From contig CAVSBL010000002.1 in NCBI GenBank assembly GCA_963726255.1, positions 2,048,001-2,112,000 on the forward strand: a DNA stretch of 64,000 nucleotides, written 5' to 3'. The notes beneath the pieces were generated by a model. It made no database searches and was not told where the DNA came from. It saw only the letters and a list, made by a program, of their open reading frames with translations. The position numbers and the translations under genes were made by a program. The stretch is from Candidatus Bathyarchaeota archaeon. Its GTDB lineage: Archaea; Thermoproteota; Bathyarchaeia; 40CM-2-53-6. Of the stretch, positions 57,409 to 64,000 are shown piece after piece (within the stretch, counting starts at the first letter, position 1; every line of letters begins with the position of its first letter).

Positions 57409-57512
57409 ATTCAACCCTAACCTACTGGTTCTGCTCGCATTCGCCATAAGCATGTTCACGCAAGGACGCGAGGAGATTCTGTTTACCAGCAACCAAGAAA
57501 GCGGGCGCGCAG

Positions 57513-57866
57513 TTACGTGCGAGGTGGTGGGGGCCTGTTGGGCAGTTTTTTCTTGTACTCTTCTAGAATCTTGTCGTAAAGTCCCTTAGTGTACTTCAAC
57601 GCTTCCTGGGATTTTCCATGGCAATGCTCGTCCGGTTTCTTGGTCGAGATGCACTTTTCCTTCGCTTCCTCTATTCGCTTCAAAGCTGTTTCGAATTCTT
57701 CGCCTCTCTCAAGCTTGAGAACCGCGAGGAGTGAATTGTAGGCGGCCAGGTGAGCCCGCTTGCATTCTAAATGGCTCTTGCCCTCTCTCTCCTGGTAGCA
57801 AAGTTTGCAACAATCCATTGCCGTGCTGGCTTGGACCCACGGTTGGATGAGGAATACGGCTTCCAT
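57513..57866 (-). CDS. Hypothetical Cys/His-rich helical protein
   Basis: CCKLC...HLEC...C...HCH; start uncertain. Confidence 0.5.
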   Translation of the reverse strand: MEAVFLIQPWVQASTAMDCCKLCYQEREGKSHLECKRAHLAAYNSLLAVLKLERGEEFETALKRIEEAKEKCISTKKPDEHCHGKSQEALKYTKGLYDKILEEYKKKLPNRPPPPRT

Positions 57867-57963
57867 GGGGGCGCAGGGAAGCTCGGTCTGATTTATTGAT
57901 TATGCAACTTAAGCGAGGCATAAGCTATAGCATTCTAGGTCTGATTCAGTAGATTGATCGGCC

Positions 57964-58977
57964 TTGGAGTATTATGAGAACGTTCTCAGTCTGATCGGCA
58001 ATACCCCGCTGGTGAGGATAAACAAAGTCACTAACGGCGCCCGGTGCCTTATCCTCGCGAAGCTTGAGTACCTGAATCCCGGGGCAGCGTGAAGGACCGC
58101 ATAGGGGTTGCCATGATTGATGATGCTGAGCGAAAGGGATTGTTGAAGCCTGGCGGCACAATCGTTGAGCCAACATCCGGCAACACGGGTATGGGTCTAG
58201 CTCTCACCGCGGCGATTCGAGTGTACAAAGCTCTCTTCACAATGGCTGACAAGATGAGTGAGGAAAAGAGGCGTCTCCTCCGAGCTCTAGGCGCACGGGT
58301 TGTAATAGCACCCACGAATGTGCCTCCCGATTCGCCTGAGAACTACTACAATGTTGTAAAGCGAATCGCACGAGAAACGCCGGTTGGCAAGGGAGGAGGG
58401 GCTCTTCGTCGGCGGTTCAGCCGGCGCAGCTATGTACGCAACGCTTCAGGTCGCTGCAAAACTCCCGCAGGATAAGGTGGTTGTAGTGGTCTTCCCAGAC
58501 ACTGGCCGCAACTATCTAAGCAAGATGTACTCAGGCGAATGGATGCTCGAACTAGATTACATAGAAGCAGAAAAGGCGGAGAAGCTCACCGTGGAATTGA
58601 TACTGGAAGCGAAACCTCGTGATGTTCCAGCGATGATTGCCGTAACCCTGAATGATGCGTTGACGAAAGCGGTTGAATTGATGCGGAAGTTCGACGTATC
58701 CCAGCTACCCCTAGTCGAAGAGGGCCATGTTCTGGGCACGGTCCACGACGATACAATAATGAAGAGACTGCTAACGAAGGAGGCGTCACTAACGCAGTCA
58801 GTTCAGGAAATCATGGACGCGGCGCTTCCCACAATCGATGCAAAAGCGGAGGTATCCGAACTCTACAAACAACTTACTGGCGAACACAACGCAGTAGTTG
58901 TTGTCCGAGATGGGAAAGCGATAGGTGTCCTTACGAAGATGGGCGTGATCTCCCACCTTTCCAAGAGAGAGGCCTGA
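57964..58977 (+). pseudogene. Cystathionine beta-synthase (with CBS domains) pseudogene: frameshift plus internal deletion
   Basis: IGNTPLV...EYLNPG | SVKDR frameshift at the G-run 58081-58084; IARETP jumps to [12 protein letters not shown] near 58380, losing the central GTGGT region. Confidence 0.88.
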
Positions 58978-60169
58978 GGTTTCTGAAGTCTGGCCCTACT
59001 ATGAGAATGGCAAATGTCATTGCTGCAACTAGGATTACGATGCCGGCGTAGAAGAGGCTTGAGAAGCCATACCGGTCAAGCAGGTATCCGCCCAGCAATG
59101 GTCCTATGATCGTTCCCAAGCTTATCACAACGGTGTAAATGCCCATTGTTGTTCCACGGCCTCGCTCCGGCGCCAGGTCCCCAAGTGAGGCGAGGGCTGC
59201 AGGGGCGAAGGCGAAGCTTCCAACTCCGAATACAACGAGGAACGGAGCCGCGTACATCAAGTCTAAGCGGTGCCTGAGCAGCGTGATGACCGTTGCGAAA
59301 AGTCCGATGAGTGAGACCATTCCCAGCATCATTAGTCTATCCCGGCCATAACGATCTGAAAGGTGGCCGAAGAATGGTTGCGAAAATGCCAGAATCAGAA
59401 CAACACCCGCGATGAAGAAACTAGTGAATAGTGGCGAGGGTCCGAGGCGTGGGCCGAATGTCAGCGCCATTCCGATGAATATCGTCACTGACAACCATAT
59501 CGGAAACATCGCTGCAGCGCGCTTATCAGTCAGAAGCAGGCGCAATGTCTTAACCGGAGAGAGCGCGGAGCGCAGCGCATGTGTCTTCTTTTCTCTAACT
59601 CTCAAGTAGGCGAAGATGGCCCCAACCGCTGCCAACGCCGAGCCGAAATAGAATGGAGCGACAATAAGGTTTGTTCGTACCAAAAGCCCGGCTGCAGAGA
59701 TGCCGACCACATATCCGCCGAGGTTGGCAAAATCGTAGATTCCCATCTCGCGGCCACGGTTCGCCGCTGTGCTCATGTCAGTCACCATGGTCAAGGTGCT
59801 GACAACGATCATCGCCGCAGCCAGGCCTTGAATCGCGTGTACGATGACGAGATAGCCTACCGCGGTATTCAGCGTGAAAGCAAACAAAGCCAAAGTCGAC
59901 AACGTCAACCCAAAGTAAATCCACCTCCTTCTCCCATACCTATCCACTAACACACCAATTGCGGGGGCAGCGATGATCTCCGTAACTGGATAAGCAGCCG
60001 CAATGATTCCCACCACGAAGTTCGAGAACTCCTGCTTGGGAAGGTAGAGTGGGAGTGTGAACAGGACCAGGCCAAAGCTGAACCGCATCAAGAAGACTGA
60101 AATGTAGAGTGGTGAGGAAAGAATCAATGAGCCAACAGTCGAGATTCGCCCCGAATAAGCCCTAGCCAA
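58931..60169 (-). CDS. MFS transporter
   Basis: [10 protein letters not shown] and GHLSDRYGR motif A copies; about 12 TMs. Confidence 0.92.
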   Translation of the reverse strand: MARAYSGRISTVGSLILSSPLYISVFLMRFSFGLVLFTLPLYLPKQEFSNFVVGIIAAAYPVTEIIAAPAIGVLVDRYGRRRWIYFGLTLSTLALFAFTLNTAVGYLVIVHAIQGLAAAMIVVSTLTMVTDMSTAANRGREMGIYDFANLGGYVVGISAAGLLVRTNLIVAPFYFGSALAAVGAIFAYLRVREKKTHALRSALSPVKTLRLLLTDKRAAAMFPIWLSVTIFIGMALTFGPRLGPSPLFTSFFIAGVVLILAFSQPFFGHLSDRYGRDRLMMLGMVSLIGLFATVITLLRHRLDLMYAAPFLVVFGVGSFAFAPAALASLGDLAPERGRGTTMGIYTVVISLGTIIGPLLGGYLLDRYGFSSLFYAGIVILVAAMTFAILIVGPDFRNLRPLSWKGGRSRPSS

Positions 60170-60275
60170 CTTTCCCCGCCTTCAACCCGACAGAAGCATT
60201 TTCGTTCTGTGAAGCGGCCGTCCGTATAAGTAAACTTGTAAGCGTTTAATTATATGTGAATAGAAGCCACGAACC

Positions 60276-60932
60276 ATGCCGTTGAAGACTCTTCAGATTG
60301 TAATTCTCGGCGGCAGCGATGACGCAGTTCTTGTTGGGCTCAGAAGCTTTCCCGCTCACAAACTCATCCTCCTCGCATCCCCCGATCACGCAACGCAAGC
60401 AAATGCTCTTTCAGGAAAACTTACAGACACCTTGAAACTGGCTATCGATATTGTGCAACTGAAAGACGACAGAGTCTCTACTATGCTTGAGGCTGTGGGT
60501 CAGATCGTCCGCAAGGAATCCGAGAACTACGAGGATTTCCTCATAAACGTCGGCTCCGCGGGCAAACACTTAACTTGCGCTGGTGTCACCGCCGCATTCG
60601 TTTATGGAATCAAAGCATTCGACGTGATGGGCGAACAGCCGGAAGTCCTGCCGGTAATGAAATTCAGTTACATGCAAGCAGTCACTGAATCCAAATTGGA
60701 AATACTGCGAGCCATCGAGCGTTCAGGAGGGGAGGTCGAGAGCCTGGAGAGGCTCAGTGAAACGTCGAACTATGGAAAACCGCTGCTGAGCTATCATATT
60801 AGGGGTTCAGAAGACGGGCAGGGCTTGGAGGAACTAGGCCTTGTTGAGGTTGAACGCGGAAAACGCGGGAGGCTCAGGGTGAGGCTTACGGCGCTGGGGC
60901 GGATACTGCTGTCGGCTGGGCCAGTCAAGTAG
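60276..60932 (+). CDS. CARF-like/DUF6293 + wHTH regulator (HFX_2341/Csa3-like)
   Basis: Rossmann-like N-part (INVGSAGK..TCA) and C-terminal LSYHI...LEELGLV...LTALG. Confidence 0.7.
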   Translation: MPLKTLQIVILGGSDDAVLVGLRSFPAHKLILLASPDHATQANALSGKLTDTLKLAIDIVQLKDDRVSTMLEAVGQIVRKESENYEDFLINVGSAGKHLTCAGVTAAFVYGIKAFDVMGEQPEVLPVMKFSYMQAVTESKLEILRAIERSGGEVESLERLSETSNYGKPLLSYHIRGSEDGQGLEELGLVEVERGKRGRLRVRLTALGRILLSAGPVK

Positions 60933-61116
60933 CTGGTTTGGCCTCTTTTGCGGGAGTGTTGTTCTTCTTCTTCTGCATAATCTTCAGCCTGCAGAATACC
61001 GGGTCGCCATCTTTAATCTCGAATATCTTGCGGATTTCTTCGGGTATGGTTATTCTCCCGCCTGCGGTCACTTCAGCGTAGAATGGAATATCCTCTTCTG
61101 CTAATTCTACTGGCAC
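60925..61116 (-). CDS. AbrB/SpoVT-family DNA-binding protein
   Basis: GGRITIPEEIRKIFEIKDGD. Confidence 0.82.
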   Translation of the reverse strand: MPVELAEEDIPFYAEVTAGGRITIPEEIRKIFEIKDGDPVFCRLKIMQKKKNNTPAKEAKPAT

Positions 61117-61192
61117 TAAGAAGCCACCGGCTAATGCAGAGAACGCTCTTTGCTAAAAAGTGTTTTTGACGCGAAAAATCAAGAGGTTCACG

Positions 61193-61852
61193 CTAAACAA
61201 TGCTGCTCGGGCACCACTTGTTGACTGGGCATATGCTGCATCGTGGCCTCGGTGCCTTGCAAATCGCGCGGCCGAATTCGATAATGGACAAATGCAGGCT
61301 CACCCTGTTCTTCGGAGGAATCAACGCCTCCAACGAAGTTCGGGTCTTCTCATAATCGGCGTTGGCCGGGGCGATCCCAAGCCGTTTGGTGACGCGAGCA
61401 ATATGTGTGTCAACGGGAATCACCGGGTTCTTCGCAACGAATGCCAGAAGTATGTCCGCCGTCTTCGGCCCCACCCCCGGCATCTCCATCAACTTCTCTT
61501 TTGCTTCCGCATATGGGAGGTTGAGAATGGGTGCGAGCCTCCCGCCATACTCCTCCTCGACGATTCTTGAAACCTCCTTAATCCTTGGGGCCTTCGACGT
61601 ATACAAGCCTGCTGAGCGAATGAGAGGAATGAGCTCGCTGACCTTGACTCTCGAGAGGACCTTGGGTGTGATCCTGTAGCGTTTCCGAAGTTTCCTCATG
61701 GCTGCGCCGCTGTTTCGGTCATTCGTGTTCTGCGAGAGTATCGTGCCAACCAGGGTCTCAAAGGGAGACCCAGCCTTCCAGACCTTGACTGGAAACCGGC
61801 GTCCGATTAGCCTAAGCATCATGATTTGTGTCCGTGGGTTCGAGTGTTTCAT
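61193..61852 (-). CDS. nth: Endonuclease III
   Basis: ILSQNT, PGVGPKTA, VDTH, C-terminal CxxxxxxCxxCxxxxxC. Confidence 0.95.
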   Translation of the reverse strand: MKHSNPRTQIMMLRLIGRRFPVKVWKAGSPFETLVGTILSQNTNDRNSGAAMRKLRKRYRITPKVLSRVKVSELIPLIRSAGLYTSKAPRIKEVSRIVEEEYGGRLAPILNLPYAEAKEKLMEMPGVGPKTADILLAFVAKNPVIPVDTHIARVTKRLGIAPANADYEKTRTSLEALIPPKNRVSLHLSIIEFGRAICKAPRPRCSICPVNKWCPSSIV

Positions 61853-61950
61853 CGGAATAATTCCTAATTCTGGGACGCGCTATTTCGCTAAGTTTGAAGC
61901 ACACTTTAAAGCAAGCTATCTTCGTACCCTCTTGGAGAAGCTCCAGAGAT

Positions 61951-63321
61951 ATGCGCCCTTTCCTCCTGGTAGTCGTGCTGGCATTTGTCCTGGTGGCAAG
62001 TCTGCAGCCAAGTGCTTCGGCTCAGGGTAGCGTTCTCGTTGTAAGAATAAGCTCAGACATATCGAGCCCAACAGCGGAACTTGTTTCGCGCTCCATCTCG
62101 GAAGCGCAGGCGGGTGGTGCTCGGCTGATAGTCTACGAGCTGAACACGCCCGGCGGCGATCTGGCTTCCGTAACGGAGATTATGAACAGCTTCAACTCCT
62201 CCCCCATTCCGGTCGTAGTTTGGGTTACGCCCTCAGGGGCAGCCGCTTGGAGTGGCGGAACTTACATCCTCATGGCATCCCATATCGCAGTGATGGCGTC
62301 TGGGACCACTATCGGTTCGGCGCAACCCGTGACCTCTACGGGGGAGACCGTGAACGAAACCAAAATCATCAACGCCCTCACCGGCCTAATGCGGGACAAT
62401 GCTCGGCTGCATGACCGGAACGAAACAGTTGCTCAAGAATTCATAACCCAGAACATCAACCTTGGGCCTGAAGAGGCCTTAAGGGATCATGTGATAGAGT
62501 TTGCAGCTGACAGCTTGGACAGCTTGCTCTCACAACTTCAGCCGTATACTCTAGTTCTTTCAACCGGGGAGATGGGAACATCAGTTTGGAAACTCGTTTT
62601 GACCTCTTCACTCGGGACTGTTACCTATACGAGAAGTTACGATTTTTCGGGGCTCTCTCAGGCTGCGGCGTATAACTATCAGCCCGGCATCAGCATCGGG
62701 GTGCTGCAGTTTCTTTCTAATCCTCTGATCGCAACCGTTCTCTTCTTGGTAGGTATGTATGCGGTGATTATTGGTTTCAAAACGCCCGGTTATGGAGTTG
62801 AGATAGCTGGCGCACTGATGGTGTTCCTCGCTCTAGTTGGGTATGGAATTATCGGCATCAACATTGCTGCGGTTCTCCTATTCATCCTGGGCATCATCCT
62901 AACGCTGATTGAGATTAAGACGCATATCGGGATATTCGCTCTGGCCGGCATCGGAATAATCATTCTAGGCAGTTTCTTGATGTTCCCGCTTCCAGGCTGG
63001 GAATTACTCGCCGCGAAATCCGTAGAGTCCGCTAGGCAGACGTTGATCGCTGTCGCACTCGTAATGTCCGGCATCTTCGGCTTTGTCGTTTACAAGGTCG
63101 CGCAGGCAAGGCGGATGAGGGTGAAAATGGGCCCTGAGCGACTCATGGGGAAAACTGGCACCGCTGTTTCAGCTCTCGCACCAAGGGGTGAGGTTAGGGT
63201 GGAAGGGCAGACCTGGAGGGCGGAAACTCTCGGCGAAAATGTAAAGGAAGGAGAAGAAGTGGAAATCGTCAGCAGAGAGGGACTAATCTTAAGAGTCAAG
63301 CCGAAGCAAGCCCAGAAGTGA
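61951..63321 (+). CDS. nfeD: NfeD long form (ClpP-like protease + TM + OB fold)
   Basis: LNTPGG, AAWSGGTYI, IGSAQP, GEVRVEGQTWRA; upstream of an SPFH gene. Confidence 0.92.
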   Translation: MRPFLLVVVLAFVLVASLQPSASAQGSVLVVRISSDISSPTAELVSRSISEAQAGGARLIVYELNTPGGDLASVTEIMNSFNSSPIPVVVWVTPSGAAAWSGGTYILMASHIAVMASGTTIGSAQPVTSTGETVNETKIINALTGLMRDNARLHDRNETVAQEFITQNINLGPEEALRDHVIEFAADSLDSLLSQLQPYTLVLSTGEMGTSVWKLVLTSSLGTVTYTRSYDFSGLSQAAAYNYQPGISIGVLQFLSNPLIATVLFLVGMYAVIIGFKTPGYGVEIAGALMVFLALVGYGIIGINIAAVLLFILGIILTLIEIKTHIGIFALAGIGIIILGSFLMFPLPGWELLAAKSVESARQTLIAVALVMSGIFGFVVYKVAQARRMRVKMGPERLMGKTGTAVSALAPRGEVRVEGQTWRAETLGENVKEGEEVEIVSREGLILRVKPKQAQK

Positions 63322-63332
63322 AGGCCGGGTTA

Positions 63333-64000
63333 ATGGCGTTAGAAGACCTGCTAACTCCTGAATTTATCGCTGGAATAATCCTCGTACTATTTGTTGTAAT
63401 CCTTGTGGCCTCGGGCATCAGAGTCATCAAGGAATGGGAACGCGCACCCGTTCTGCGCCTCGGACGTTTCACAGGTCTCAAAGGGCCGGGTATTTTCTAC
63501 ATCATTCCATTCGTAGATAAGATTCCGAACATTGTCTCTATGCGCATCCAAACAATTCCATTTCGCACCGAGCAGACCCTGACGAAGGACAATGTTCCCG
63601 TAAATGTCGATGCCATAATGTTCTTCCAAGCCGTTGATGTGGAAAGGGTGATCTTGAACGTCGAAAGGTACCTAGATGCAACAACCTGGGCTGCACAGAC
63701 GACGCTCAGAGAAGTCATGGGCAAGGTGAGCCTCGACGAGTTGCTCGCCGAACGTGAGAAGGTAGGAGTTGAGGCTCGAAATATTATCGACGAGAAGACG
63801 GAACACTGGGGAATCAAGGTAAGCTCCGTAGAGGTTAAGGACATAGCGATACCCCAAGCGTTGCAGGAAGCGATGTCGCGGCAAGCCTCCGCCGAGCGCG
63901 AGCGCAGGGCAAGAGTCACACTGGCCATGGCCGAATACGAGGCGGCACAGAAAATGGTCGACGCGGCGAACCTATACGAGAAGAACATCCGTGCTCTAGA
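63333..64000 (+). CDS. SPFH/band 7 (stomatin-like) protein, runs off window
   Basis: Manual translation: TM, IKEWERAPVLRLGR, GPG, LTKDNVPVNVDA, AQTTLR, ASAERERRA. Confidence 0.93.
   Translation, partial: MALEDLLTPEFIAGIILVLFVVILVASGIRVIKEWERAPVLRLGRFTGLKGPGIFYIIPFVDKIPNIVSMRIQTIPFRTEQTLTKDNVPVNVDAIMFFQAVDVERVILNVERYLDATTWAAQTTLREVMGKVSLDELLAEREKVGVEARNIIDEKTEHWGIKVSSVEVKDIAIPQALQEAMSRQASAERERRARVTLAMAEYEAAQKMVDAANLYEKNIRAL

Overview
Archaeal chromosomal segment (gene content such as aCPSF1, proteasome beta, Lsm, archaeal SepF, an arcadin-1-like gene, HdrABC and TrpB2 suggests a Bathyarchaeia-like TACK lineage; this is inference). Positions 1-28 kb and 45.3-64 kb are mostly housekeeping or metabolic: RNA and protein turnover, Lhr, RPA, DinB, Nth, fumarase, ALDH, HdrCBA, NfeD/stomatin, and a cystathionine beta-synthase pseudogene. 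The notable part is a ~16.6 kb accessory island (about 28650-45290) encoding secreted/surface proteins and five PIN-type toxin-antitoxin pairs. It is bounded and punctuated by eight same-strand copies of the 3' end of one C-terminal domain that ends ...W(I/V)xxxxxATLRP*. Three copies belong to larger ORFs and five are orphan 3' fragments flanking the cargo blocks, resembling a cassette array built by serial recombination into a protein-coding 3' end. The island also has a startless cassette that could swap a CFI-box-CTERM anchor for a PEF-CTERM anchor. Other points of interest: a tandem active/inactive pair of membrane ClpP-fold (SDH) proteases, a palindromic motif upstream of three small membrane-protein genes, and three frameshifts that may be partly assembly errors. 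No rRNA, tRNA, CRISPR array, integrase or transposase was recognised. All family assignments are from motif recognition by eye, not database searches.
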